Shown: positions 40,767 to 53,125 of the stretch, piece by piece
How the letters are laid out: each line of letters begins with the position of its first letter
Position numbering within the stretch: the first letter of the stretch is position 1
Source: Eledone cirrhosa
Lineage: Eukaryota
DNA: 64,000 bases
Reading direction: 5' to 3'
NCBI GenBank assembly: GCA_964016885.1
Contig: OZ024741.1
Span: forward strand, 310,310,001-310,374,000
Position numbers and translations under genes: made by a program
Notes under the pieces: model-generated
Seen by the model: only the letters and a program-made list of their open reading frames with translations
What the model was told of the DNA's origin: nothing
Database searches by the model: none

Positions 40767-43700
40767 GTGCGATATGTCTGTTGTCAACTCTACAAGACAA
40801 GGGAGCGGTTAACAACACTATCGCCTCCAGCCTACATCACCACCACTACCGCTACCCTAAAAACAACCAAGAAAAACAACATCAACAGCTTCAAGATAAA
40901 CACTAATAACGGTAGCAGCAGCAACAACAACGGTAGTAACAACAACAACAAAAACAACAAGAACGACAACACCAACAACAAGAGCAACAATGAAAGCAAC
41001 AACAAGCTCAACGGCGGTGTCACATTTGCAGCGGCCGCAGCCAAAACAAGGCGCTTTATTAACGTGGATATCAGCGATAAGGAACGACAGTTGGCCCAGG
41101 GGTGGAAACTAATTAAATGCGAGAAGTCCTGGGCCAACCTAACCACCACGGACGAGAAAATAGCAGCTATGCAAAAGAGGACGGTATACTTTCGATGCAT
41201 TTCAGTGCAAACTCGCAAAGTGGAATTCGCCAGCCAGGCAGAAGTCGAGGCTGCTTTGGAGTGCATCAAGAGTGACATTGAGTACAAAGCAAGGGCCAAG
41301 CAGTTCGTTACCATCTCGGTACTGTTCAAAACCGAGGCCCTTTCTATTAAGCACTCCGTGAACCCCTGCAGAGCAGAACGGATTATTATGCACCCGTCCT
41401 ACATGAGCAAAAGGACAGCAAAGGTCCGCATTCCTAGGATCCCACCAGGAATGAACATACGTTGGTTCTTGGGAGCGTAATTTAGGAGGATACAACCACT
41501 ACCCTCCTAGATATTAAAAAGAGGGAGAGAGGACTGGTCCGGAATGGATTCGGAGATTCTTCTCCAAATGAAACCTAAACAACATCCCGGATTTTGCTCA
41601 CCTGCAGGACGGGACAACGATTCAATTAATCGCTGAGTGAAGAAGGCCGAACTGCTTCGTCTGGGGGGAAGCAACGCATCTGCAAGCCTTCTGCCCTCAG
41701 CTAAAGAATGCAGCGTGTCGCAACTCTCCTTTGCTGCCAACGCCAGTGTCGACAAGGAAGCTTCCATCACCACCACCAACAACAACACCAACAATGACAC
41801 GGGCAGCCCCACCAACAGCAAAAACAGCCGGACCACCACCAACACCGAAACCAACACAAGGGGAAAACGAGGAAAGCTCTCCCACTCCTCCTACCCCTCA
41901 ACATATACACATGGACAAAACCATAAACGGACACACAGACACAGATACACTCACAACCACAGACCCTTTGTCTTCCAGTAGTGAATATGAAGGAAAACCG
42001 AAAAGTGCCAAAACCAAAAGAGAAAATTCACAAAAAAGCCTCCTCAAAACACAAAAACATACACAACAAAAAATATAGACACTACCAACAGAAGAACAAA
42101 TAAACACACAGACACCTGAAATTGCAGACACCACACCTACAACAAACACGATCGTACCCGAAACAACACCAACAAAACCATCATCATCACAGTCACCGAA
42201 ACGAAAACAAATAAAACCACACCAACAAAACATTAAAAACTTCGTGCTAGTCAGAAGGGCCAACGAGAAATTGATGCCTTTCTTAACACGAAGCGAGGAC
42301 ATTCAAACAGATGGGGAGATCTTGGAATTGAAGAATTGTATCTGGTGCGAATGACGCTCGAATATTACAAAGAAATTCGAGAGAGCTTTTCTCAGGACGT
42401 AGGGACTTTTAAAGGGGTTCCCCCCAAAACATCACCAATCATAGAAGTCGAACCACCCGACCTTCACAAGACCCCGGGAAGTAAGTAAACCTCTCTTCTA
42501 TCTTTTAGCTTGCCAACATGCCCATATTAAGAGTAGGAAGCTTGGGCTCACCCTGGAAGAAGGTTCGCCTGCTCAACGACATCAGGTCTCTGGAAATGGA
42601 TGTGATGGCCGTCAGCGAGACCAGGATTTCCGACACGCGTGCACTAGCCGCAATTTTCAACGACTACCAGATCTTCGCATCTGTTAGCAGGCCGGGAATG
42701 GGAGGTGGGGTAGCAGTACTGTTTAGCAAAGGCCTGGATCACGAGATAAGGTCGATCTTTCGGGACCCAGACTGTACTTTCGTGGTCCTGGATGTGAACA
42801 ATAACGAAGGTGGTGCCTTTAGACTGCTCGCCGTCTACTGGGGCCGGCGACCAGACTTCTTTAGGCGCCTGGAAGCCTCTCTGGGTACGTCTCGCCTCTT
42901 AGTGTTAGCGCGGGACTGGAACGGCATCTTAGACGCACGCTGGGATTGTGTGGGAGTAGCTGATAGCACCTAATCAGACAGTTCCAACTGTCTGACAGCT
43001 ACCGACGAGATTTCCCCAATGCGCCAGTGTGGACGTGGACCAAGCGCATAGGGTCGTCTAGATCGTATATCGACGGTATCTTCATTAGGAAAATAGATAG
43101 AAATAGTGTAGGCTGCGCACTTTTTAAAACAGTCGCCTATTCAAATCACAAATTTGTGATCTGTATGGTCGACCTAGATAAAACGCGTAGATTAGGACCT
43201 GGTTACTGGAAGCTGAACATCTCACTTCCGGCACGTAAGGTTTACAGGGACCAGGTCAACAATTTAGTTAAGCAAAAGTTGACAGGGGGCATCGCCAACA
43301 ACAGATGATGGGTGGGGGGTGCTCACAAAAGAGAGATGAGAGTAACTTTGATAGGGTTTAACAAAGAAGTAGCGTTAGAGGAAAATGGAAAGGAAGGGGA
43401 GGTGGTAGATAAGTTAGACGAGGCTATTTGTAGTGGCATTGCAATGGACATGCTAGCGGCGAGAATTGCATTAGACCATTTCTTCAATGCGAAACACGAA
43501 GGTTGCATTGTCAGAGATAAGGCGCGTGCGCTGAGAAACGATGGAACCAAAGCTGTTCGATGGGCCCGCGTGGCGGAGGCGCAGCGTAGTAATAAAACCA
43601 CAATTCGGTCTTTGGCGGACCGAGACGGATAAGAGATAAGCGATTCCAAGCGGAAGTGTGAGGCCTTTCGCCAGCACTTTGCTCGGTTGTTAGGGGAGAG

Positions 43701-46106
43701 TGGCGAGTCAGAGAGAGTAGCGGATTTCAGTCCCTACCTTGACGGCTTGCAGCGCATCTCGACGGTCGACGCTGTGCGCTGCGAAAGGCCGATTACTTCA
43801 GCCGAAATTCAGGACGCCCTTGTCGACTGCATGAGGCGCAAGTCCACCGGTTTGGATGGCCTGCCCTACGGGCTTTACGTAAATATGCCAGACATGCTCC
43901 CGATCTCCTCGAATCACTCTACTGCAACTGGCAGCAAAATGGGAGTATTCCCAGTTCTGTGAGCAGGGGAGTGGTGACGCTGATGAGGAAAGACGAGAAC
44001 AAGAGTGATACAACTTCAGGCCCATAACTCTGCTCAACACAGAGTTTAAGATTTTGGCCAAGGTGTTAGCAAAGAGATTGGCGCTTGTCGTCGAGGATTT
44101 GGTTGGGGAGGCGCAAATTTGCGCAATCCCAGCCAGGTCTATACACGACAATCTCCACCTCATGCGATACATCATAGAGAGGGTAGGGTGTAAACTTGGC
44201 TTCGGTGGGTCACTGATCAATTTAGATCAATCAAAAGCATTCGATAGGTCGACCATCGGTATCTGGAGATTGTCAGAAGCTGGATCGCTGCAATGCACAG
44301 CGGCACACGCTCGGTGGTCAAGGTTAATGGCCACCTCTCGGAACCATTTCGGCTCTCCCGATCGGTCCGTCAAGGGTGCCCTCTCTCTTCCCTTCTGTAC
44401 GTATTGACTCTCGAGCCTTTACTGCGGAAGCTGGAGCTGTTGCAGGGCATCCAGCTCGAACCGGGACGTGGAAAGGCGGTGTCGGCTTATGCGGACGACA
44501 TCACCGTGATGGTGTCGAACACTTTAGAAACCGAGGTGGTCGGCACCTTATTGAAGGAATATGAAAGGTTGACAGGAGCCAAACTTAACCCGGAAAAGTC
44601 AGTGGGCTTACAGCTCGGAACCTGGAGAGGCAAGCCCATGCCGTCCAACAGCGTCGTGGGGCGCTGGACGGACGGACCGGTAAAGTTGCTCGGGGTTTGG
44701 TTCGGACCAGCCCTCCAGGTGGAAAAGAATTGGGACGAGGTAACGAGCAGAGTAGCCAGTCTCACCCAAAAATGGGCTGGGAGGAATCTATCACTGAAAG
44801 CTCGCCTGACCGTTGTGCCTTGATCCCGTCCGCGCCTCATCAAGCTGGAAAGGCTCCTCTTCAAATTCTTGTGGAGGGGACAAGTTCCGTTGGTGAGGTG
44901 GTCCATCTGCTGCCAGGACCCTCTACGCGGAGGGCTGGGCATGCCGTGGCTAATGATGCGCAGGCATGCGTTGAGGCTGCGATATCTCCAGATATTCTGC
45001 CTAAACGGTGAACAGGTGTGGTCACCGTTTATCAGACGGGCCTTTCCGCAGCTCGTTTCTTTGACTGAGCTGCAGTCCTGGGTCAAGAAGAGACCGAGAC
45101 TGGGTGACTGGCACCTGGAATGTTGCCAGGCACTCACTGCCCTCTACCAAGCCGGCAATGCGATCAGTGGAACTTCCATTCTCGAGATCTAAAGAGGATT
45201 AGTGGTGGGCAAGTGTGATGACGCACTCGGAGAAGCTTTGGGCCTCGACGAAGTCGAACTGACCAGTTTGTACCGGAGGGCTTTTGAGCCGGGGACGATG
45301 GACAATTTCCCGAAATCCCTCGCTTGGCAGTGCTACCGGGGGGGGGGGGGGTGGCACTGCCGGTTCGGGATAATCTCTACAGGCACGGAAGTGCTGTAAG
45401 ACGGACCTGCCCAAGATGCTCACAGAACGACGAAACCGTTCTGCACGCACTTGTCCAATGTCTGTGCATTACTGACTTGTGGAGTTATGTCGAACAGCTA
45501 CTGTCGCGTGTGGAACGAATCTGTCTATCGGCCGAGTCCATAGTGAAGATCGACCCGCCGCCTTCCTTAGGTCAGGAAGAGCAGGAAATTTTCCTCTGCC
45601 TGGTGGCAGTTGCCAAAGAGGTTATATGGTGGACCAGATTAAAAGGACTGAAGACAGACACTTTTCTCTTCGGCCAATCCCTCATCAACTTCTTCAAGTT
45701 TCAACTGGAAAGGAAGGTGAGGGTGGAGAGAGAAGTGCTGCCCCCCCCCGTACATTTGCTAAAAGGTGGATGAATGTGGGGAAAATGGCCCGTGTGAATG
45801 GGCCTACTCTGACCATGCGCCTATAGGCTAGCTAACTTGAGGAGAGGGGTGCTCTCCCTGGGTTCCCTAGAAGCGCAGGGTGGTTCAGGATTGGTGGGGT
45901 ACCCGAGTCACACCAGGGTCGTCCACCCCCTATCGGGGAATTTATTTAGTTATATTTATGCATAGTTTATTTTATAATTTTTATATCTTCATTGTTAAAT
46001 TAGTCTTGCCATTGTGCACTTTTACTCGACCTTATTGTAAACCCCCACTGTCCCTGTCTTTGTATTGTCCCCTACATGTCGGCCCTTGTGGCTAATAAAT
46101 GAAATC
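40767..46106 (+). mobile_element. Tx1/L1-clade LINE copy 1, full length but decayed, with (ATT)n tail
   Basis: ORF1 remnants 40767-42488 (Asn-rich, TFAAAA); ORF2 remnants 42518-45826 (SETR, GPGYWKLN, LDQSKAFDR, SVRQGCPLS, YADD, CPRC..ETVLH); ends ggcccttgtggctaataaatgaaatc(att)n. Confidence 0.9.
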
Positions 46107-46121
46107 ATTATTATTATTATT

Positions 46122-47012
46122 GTTCTTTGAGTCTCAGTCATTGATGTTAGTTAACTGGAAAGTTTATTGAAATGAATATCAAGCCACTACCTGCAGCCTC
46201 AGATATTCAGGACGTATCGGAGGGTTCTTGCTGTTCCCAGCAAGCATGCCTTTTGAAGCGTTCCAAAAAGCGTGGCGGGGCCAATTTTCTTTAACCATCC
46301 CTGGAAACTTTTTGAGATAGTACCTAGTGCGCCTATGACAATCGGGACCACTTTGACTTCATCGCAGTTCCAAATCCTTTTTACCTCCAACTTTAAGTCC
46401 TGGTATCGGTTAATTTTCTCCCTCTCCTTCTCTTGCACTCTCGTGTCGAATGGGCAGGCCACATCCACAATCAGGCACAATCTTTTTTCCTTGTCCAAAA
46501 CCACCAGGTCAGGTCTATTGTGTTCCAGTTTCTTGTCCGTCTGTATCCTAAAATCCCACAGCACCTTCACCTGATCGTTTTCTATCACCGACTCTGGCTT
46601 ATGCTCACACCACTTCTCAGAATGTGGTAAATTGTTTACTTTGCATAGGTGCCAGTGGATCACCCTGCCCATCACATCATGTCTCCAGCCTTTATAGTGA
46701 GTCTGGGCTAGGTGTTTACACTCGGATACAATGTGAGCCACAGTCTCCTCTCTCTCTCCACAGATCCTGCTCAGTGGGCTAGCCTCTTCCTTGTAAATAT
46801 GGTATTTCAACCACTTCGTTTTGAGGGCCTGCTCTTGCGCAGCCATTAGCATTCCTTCTGTAGCCTTTTTAAGATCTCCTCTTTTCAACCAGTTCCATGT
46901 CTGTGGATCTCTGAATTCAGTTTTCTCAAAGAAGGTACTATAAAGGGATTTTTCATGAACGCAGCTCTTTCTCCTTGTTGTTATTGAAGGCTGCTCTTTC
47001 TCCTTGTTGTTA

Positions 47013-47013
<1 letters not shown>
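46122..47013 (-). mobile_element. R4/Dong LINE, 5' truncated, flanked by (TAA)n on both sides
   Basis: ORF 46199..46888 is nearly identical to the C-terminus of 53212..56604 (RHD, RPDLV, DVACP); ~25 bp duplication at the 5' junction. Confidence 0.93.
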
Positions 47014-47049
<36 letters not shown>

Positions 47050-47266
47050 GAATGCTATGGTTGACGGAGGGTCGGCTCTGTAAGGTATTGTAAATTTTGA
47101 CCGCTATAACAATTGTAAATTGTTTAAAACTTTAACCAACTTGTAGACAAAAACACCCTCCTCCTCGTGAGAGGGGTCTTTCTGCCCGTTATTTGGCCCT
47201 TCGGGGTTAAATAATCGCCTATTAGGGTTTTGTGCCCAATATTTATTTTAAACAAAAAAAAAGAAC

Positions 47267-49385
47267 ATGGCTACGAAAAAGAATTTTCCTAGGTCACTCC
47301 CACTCATTCCGTCTTCTTCTTCCTCAATCATCACTACAGCAGAGAGAAGATTGTCTCTCTCCCTCCCTTCTCTAAATGTGTCTCTCTCCCTCCCTTCTCT
47401 TTCGCAAGCGACGCCAGAAAAGAAAAATCACGTGCAAAGCGAGCAAGATTTCTCCACGACGACGACGACAACGACGAAAAAGGTGTGCGGGAAATACGAA
47501 AACCCATTTCATTCGTCTGACGTCAGGAATAATAGCAGTAGCAGCCGTAATAACAGCAGCAACAATGACAAGGAAAACAACAGTAGCAGCCGCAACAGCA
47601 TCAGCAGCAGCATAAACGACAACAGCATTAGCAGCAACAACAACAGCAGCAGCAGCAACAACAACAACTACCACAGCACCAGCGGCGGCGGCAGTAGTCG
47701 TAGTACCTGCAGCAACAACAAAAGTAACAGCAGCTCTGACGACAACAACAACAAAAGTAACAGCAGCTCTGACGACAACAACAACAACAGCAGCAGCAAA
47801 GAAAAACCAATTTCATTTGCAGGTATCGCAAAGAACCTGGAAACCATCCTCATAACAAATGAGGAATTAGAGGAAGCGAAGAAGATGGTGACAAAAACTT
47901 GACACCGAGCAATCTGGAAAGCAGCGGAAACATTTTTCGAAACCCAACAGCACTGTACGGTCACGTACCGTACAGTAAGTACAAAATCCCGTAGGGTTGA
48001 AAGAGCCACAGAGGCTCAAATACAAAAAGCCTTGGGGGGTGTGTGGCAGCGGAAAACGCACATCACCCGAGGCAAGAAATATGCCACCGTAGACGTACTT
48101 TTTGCCACACCTCAGGAGGCAAAGGTTCAATCCTTAGTGACCCTAAGGAGCGAGGAAATGGTGTTGGTGCCCTCCTACTGCGGGCAAAAAATTGTGAGGG
48201 TCAAACTGACCCACGTCTCCCCCGAGGAATCGAGGACAAAACAACTGTACTGCAAGTACAGAAAAAAGTAAGAGATGATTGGGTCGGCACCTCCATTGAG
48301 ATGTTAATCCAAACCAACCAGGAGTGCATCGAAGCTATCCCAGATGTGATAGACTTCGATAACGGCACTCAACTGCCCATAAGTGTTGAGGGCAAACGCC
48401 CGAAATGCTTTCGCTGTGGATCGAAGAATCACCTCAGGGCCTTCTGCAACGAGAAGACCCTGAGAAAGGAGAAAACCCCCTCCTTTCGAAACCGGCTCCA
48501 CGGCTACCAGCAACAGGACAAGCGGCAACCAGGAACGATAGGTCCGTGGCACCCATACCCACTCCACGGAAATCAAAAACAGCAGCAGCAGTGGAAATAT
48601 TAACAACAACAACAGCAATACCAAATGCAGCTGCAACAGAGACTCCAGTGCAAACATCACCAACAACAACAAGTGAAAGAGTGGAGCTGGTACCCCTCCC
48701 CGACCTCACAGAATCAGACATGGAGTGTGAGGTGGGAGAGGGATGGCAAAAGGTCGCAAGAAGGCACAAACGCAGAAGCAGCGCATCGTCGCCTTTGAAA
48801 AGGGAGGAAAGAAATGAGAAAAGGGTAAAGTCTACTGCAAAGAGATCCACAGCAGCAACACCACCAACACCATCACCACCCACACCAGCACCACCATCAC
48901 CACCGGCGACAACCCCACCGCCAACAACACCTTCAACACCACCACCACAAGCACCAACATCGCAAACACAACAACAAAACACACACACCCAGCAACAACG
49001 ACAAGAAAATAGCAGAACCACACCCCACCCCCAGAAAAACAAATGCACGGCAATAAACACACACAACAAGAAACTAATGACTTACATAATTGAACACACA
49101 GACATTTCACAACAGGACTACATAATACCAGCACCAATCAAAACGCCAACTAACATAACACTGCTAAAAATAGCACAGAAACAATACACAAACATTAAAA
49201 CGAAATTCCCCAACGCAGTTGGTGATTTCAGGGACCTAGGAGGAACCATCAATCGAAGAGTATATTCAGACATTCTCTTAGAAGAGCCGACGACCAGCCG
49301 AAGGGACGATTCAACGGCCCCTTCACCAGACGATCAAGTGAAAAGGGATGTAAAAACCATCCCTCCTCTACCAAAAGTACGGTAA
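47267..49385 (+). pseudogene. Tx1 ORF1 (gag-like CCHC nucleic-acid-binding protein) with one stop and two frameshifts
   Basis: Ser/Asn-rich N-terminus, SFAGIAK, zinc knuckle CFRCGSKNHLRAFC, Pro/Thr-rich linker, WQKV..RHKRR. Confidence 0.8.
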
Positions 49386-49420
49386 GTGGTCTTTCCCATC
49401 TTTTCCACTCTATTTTAAAC

Positions 49421-52400
49421 ATGACCTCACTCAGAATAGGCAGCATAAATGCGCGTGGCTTGGGGTCGTCATGGAAGCAGGGTCACCTGCTCAACGACCT
49501 CAGGTCACTAAACATAGATGTAGTGGCCATCAGCGAGACCAGAATCTCCGAAGCACGGGCCTTCGCACCGATCTTCGGCGGCTACGATGTGTACGCATCT
49601 CCCAGCCGTCCTGGATCGGGTGGAGGAGTTGCTGTGCTTTTTCGGAGAGGTTTGGATCTCGCCATACGGGCCATCTTCCTGGACCCAGAGGGTAAGCTGG
49701 TGGTGCTGGACGTGACCAGCGGAGACGGGCAAGCTTTCAGGCTAGTGGCCGTCTATGCCCCGACAGGAGCAGGGCGGCCTGATTTCTTCCGGCGTCTGGA
49801 GACCTTTCTTGGAACGTCCCGCTCTTTAGTGTTAGTGGGCGACTGGAACGGGATCTTAGATGCACGGTGGGACTGTGTGGGATTAGCGGATAGGGGTGGA
49901 GGGTGCAAGAGCCTCACCAACCTGCTCAGGCGTTTTGAACTGTCTGACAGGTACCGATTGGATTTCCCGAATGTGCCAATGTGGACTTGGACAAACCGCA
50001 TAGGGTCATCCAGATCATATCTAGATAGAGTATTTTGTAGGGAAATAGATAGGTCTAGCATAGGCTGTCCACAATTCAAGATAGTCAGCTACACGGACCA
50101 CAAATTCGTGACCTGTGTGCTTGACTTAGATAGGCTTCATAGACGAGGACCCGGCTACTGGAAGCTAAACGCGTCCTTACCAGCGCGCAAGGCCTACAGA
50201 GACCGGATTAGCGAACTAGTTAAGCGGGCGTTGACGGGGGCCATCGTCAACAACAAGTGGTGGTTTGCTCTGAAAAGAGCAATTAGAATAGAATCGATTA
50301 GGTTTAGTAAGGCTTTAGCAATAGAGAAAAATAGAGCAGAGGGAGAACTAGTTAGAAAATTAGACGAGGCGCTTAGCAAAGGCATTGCGACCGACGTGCT
50401 TGCGGCGAAATTGGCCCTTGACCAATTCTTCAATGCAAAGCACGAAGGCTGCGTTGTCAGAGCTAGGGTGCGTGCTCTCAGACACGAGGGGACGAAAGCC
50501 GTTCAATGGGCCCGAGTGGCGGAGGCGCGTCGTGGCAACAAAGCCACGATCCGGTCTTTGGTGGACCACGACGGGCGCATGCTACTCGATCCCGGGCAAA
50601 TGTGTGAAGCTTTTCAGCGACACTTCGCTCAGCTGTTCGGGGGCAGCGGGGGGCCGGGTAGAGGGATGGACTTTAGTGTCTACCTCGACGGACTGCCGCG
50701 GCTCTCGGCCACTGAGGCGAAGTGTTGCGAAAAGCCGATAACAGCCGCTGAAGTAAGGGAGGCAATGACTGGCTGCACAAGGGGTAAATCGCCTGGTTTG
50801 GATGGTCTGCCCTATGAACTTTACGTACAGATGCCAGACTTGTTCGGAGGCCTCTTGGCGGACGTCTACTGCAACTGGCAACAGAACGGGAGAATTCCCA
50901 GTTCTGTGAGCCGAGGAGCGGTGGCACTGCTGAGAAAGGATCCGAACAAGGGGGATAACATAGACAATTTCCGGCCCATAACTCTGCTAAACACAGAGTT
51001 CAAGATTTTGGCCAAGTTGCTAGCAAAGAGGTTGGCGCTTGTCGTTGGTGGTCTGGTGGGAGAGGCGCAGACATGCGCCATTCCCGACAGATCCATCCAC
51101 GACAACCTCCACCTCATGCGATACATCATAGAGAGGGTAGCTAAGGAACCTGGCACGGGTGGGTCCTTGATCAATTTAGATCAGTCGAAAGCTTTCGATA
51201 GGGTCGACCATCGTTACCTAGCGGCAGTCCTGAGGGCGGCTGGCTTTGGGCCCGTCTTCAGAGGCTGGATCGCTGCCATGCACAGCGACATCTGCTCTGT
51301 GGTGAGAGTGAACGGTCACCTGTCGGAACCGTTCAACATCATGCGCTCGGTCCGCCAAGGATGTCCCCTCTCGTCCCTCTTGTACGTATTGACTCTCGAG
51401 CCATTACTGCACAAACTGGAGACGTTGAGGGGAGTCCCGCGCGAACTAGGATGCGGAAGATCCGTGTCAGCATATGCGGACGATGTCACCGTAGTGGTGT
51501 CGAACGCCAAACACATCGAGGCGATTGGCACTACACTAAGAGAATACGAAGCGGTGACAGGAGCAATGATCAACCAGGAAAAGTCAGTGGGCCTGCAGCT
51601 CGGCACCTGGAGAGGCAGGTCCATGCCGTCCAACAGCGTCGTCGGGCGCTGGACGGACGGACCGGTTAAATTGCTAGGGGTCTGGTTCGGTCCGGACCTC
51701 CAGACGGACAAAAACTGGGACGAAGTGACGAGCAGGGTGGCTTCTCTCACCCAGAAATGGGCCGAGAGGAAGCTATCCCTGAAAGGTCGAGCGGAGGTGG
51801 CTAACGCGTACATCGCGTCTGTCATCTGCTACCGCCTAACCGTCGTACCTTGTCCTAAGCCTCGCCTGACTGCGCTGGAGCGTTTGCTCTTTCGCTTTTT
51901 GTGGAAGGGACGTGCTCCGATGGTCAGGCGGTCCATCTGTTGTCAACACCCGCTACGTGGAGGGCTGGGCATGCCGTGGCTGATGATGCGCAGGCACGCG
52001 CTCAGGCTACGACATCTCCACCTCTTCCTCGACGGTGATCAGGTGTGGTCGCCGTTTGCTAGGCGCGTATTTCCCCAGCTCGTTTCCTTGACGGAGCTGC
52101 AGTCCTGGGTCAAGCGAAGACCGAGAGGGAGCGCCTGGAGACTGGAATGTCTTCAGGCGCTCACAGCCCTCGACCAATCGAGCAATGTGATCGGTGGAAA
52201 CTCCACCTCGGCGTTCTATAGAGGAGTAGTGGAGGGGAAGAGCGACGACGTACTTGGGGAAACTCTAGGCGTCGACGAAAATCAACTAGCCAATCTCTTC
52301 GGAAGAACTTTCGGGCCGGGGCCTATGGACAACTTCCAGAAATCTCTGGCCTGGCAGTGCTACCGAGGAGCCTTGCCAGTTCGGGATAAACTCTACAGGC

Positions 52401-52840
52401 ATGGAGGTGCCGTCAGCCGGGCATGTCCGAGATGCGCGCAGGGCGACGAAACCGTCCTGCACGCACTCGTCCAGTGTCCGAAAATTGCTGACTTGTGGGT
52501 TTATGTCGAACACCTGCTGTCGCGTTTAGGACGGATCCGGCTATCATCTGAGTCCATCGTGAGGATTGCCCCGCCCTCCTCCTTTAGCCGGGAAGGGCAG
52601 GCAGTTTTTATCTGCCTGGTGGCCATGGTGAAAGAGATAGTATGGTGGACACGTTTGAAAGGGCTGAAGACGAGCACTTACCTCTTCGGTGATGCTCTGA
52701 TTGACTTTTTCAAATTTCATTTGAAAAGGAAAATCAGAGTAGAGAGGGAAGTGCTCTCTTCCCAGCATTTTGTTGAAAGATGGGTGAGAGAAGCAAGAAT
52801 GGCCCGAGTGAATGGGCCTACTCTGAGTATATATCTGTAA
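49421..52840 (+). CDS. Tx1/L1-clade ORF2: APE endonuclease, reverse transcriptase and C-terminal zinc finger (intact, 1139 aa)
   Basis: SINARGL, SETR, VYAP, GDWN, SYLDRV, TDH (APE); SPGLDG, FRPITLLN, LDQSKAFDRV, SVRQGCPLS, YADD (RT); CPRC...ETVLHALVQC. Confidence 0.96.
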   Translation: MTSLRIGSINARGLGSSWKQGHLLNDLRSLNIDVVAISETRISEARAFAPIFGGYDVYASPSRPGSGGGVAVLFRRGLDLAIRAIFLDPEGKLVVLDVTSGDGQAFRLVAVYAPTGAGRPDFFRRLETFLGTSRSLVLVGDWNGILDARWDCVGLADRGGGCKSLTNLLRRFELSDRYRLDFPNVPMWTWTNRIGSSRSYLDRVFCREIDRSSIGCPQFKIVSYTDHKFVTCVLDLDRLHRRGPGYWKLNASLPARKAYRDRISELVKRALTGAIVNNKWWFALKRAIRIESIRFSKALAIEKNRAEGELVRKLDEALSKGIATDVLAAKLALDQFFNAKHEGCVVRARVRALRHEGTKAVQWARVAEARRGNKATIRSLVDHDGRMLLDPGQMCEAFQRHFAQLFGGSGGPGRGMDFSVYLDGLPRLSATEAKCCEKPITAAEVREAMTGCTRGKSPGLDGLPYELYVQMPDLFGGLLADVYCNWQQNGRIPSSVSRGAVALLRKDPNKGDNIDNFRPITLLNTEFKILAKLLAKRLALVVGGLVGEAQTCAIPDRSIHDNLHLMRYIIERVAKEPGTGGSLINLDQSKAFDRVDHRYLAAVLRAAGFGPVFRGWIAAMHSDICSVVRVNGHLSEPFNIMRSVRQGCPLSSLLYVLTLEPLLHKLETLRGVPRELGCGRSVSAYADDVTVVVSNAKHIEAIGTTLREYEAVTGAMINQEKSVGLQLGTWRGRSMPSNSVVGRWTDGPVKLLGVWFGPDLQTDKNWDEVTSRVASLTQKWAERKLSLKGRAEVANAYIASVICYRLTVVPCPKPRLTALERLLFRFLWKGRAPMVRRSICCQHPLRGGLGMPWLMMRRHALRLRHLHLFLDGDQVWSPFARRVFPQLVSLTELQSWVKRRPRGSAWRLECLQALTALDQSSNVIGGNSTSAFYRGVVEGKSDDVLGETLGVDENQLANLFGRTFGPGPMDNFQKSLAWQCYRGALPVRDKLYRHGGAVSRACPRCAQGDETVLHALVQCPKIADLWVYVEHLLSRLGRIRLSSESIVRIAPPSSFSREGQAVFICLVAMVKEIVWWTRLKGLKTSTYLFGDALIDFFKFHLKRKIRVEREVLSSQHFVERWVREARMARVNGPTLSIYL

Positions 52841-53125
52841 ATTAAAGGTGGAAAACTGGGAGAGGGCACTTGCCTTGGTGGTCAGGGTCATTGTGGCTTT
52901 TTACTGGGCTTTCTCCACAAATGTCCCTCCGAAGTCTCCCCCCTATTGGGGAATTTTTCATTGTTATTTTCATTGTTATTTTTGTTACATCCTCTGTTTT
53001 TGTTTTTTACACGCAGAAATGCCCATTTGTACCGTCCTGCATTGTCCTGCAATGTCCTTAATGTCTACTTTATGTAAACCCTTGTGGTTAATAAAGAAAT
53101 CATTATTATTATTATTATTATTATT

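Larger units (their letters stand above)
47050..53101 (+). mobile_element. Tx1/L1-clade LINE copy 2, full length, with (ATT)n tail
   Basis: ORF1 plus intact ORF2; 3' end cccttgtggttaataaagaaatc(att)8; 5' boundary uncertain (47050-47267). Confidence 0.92.
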
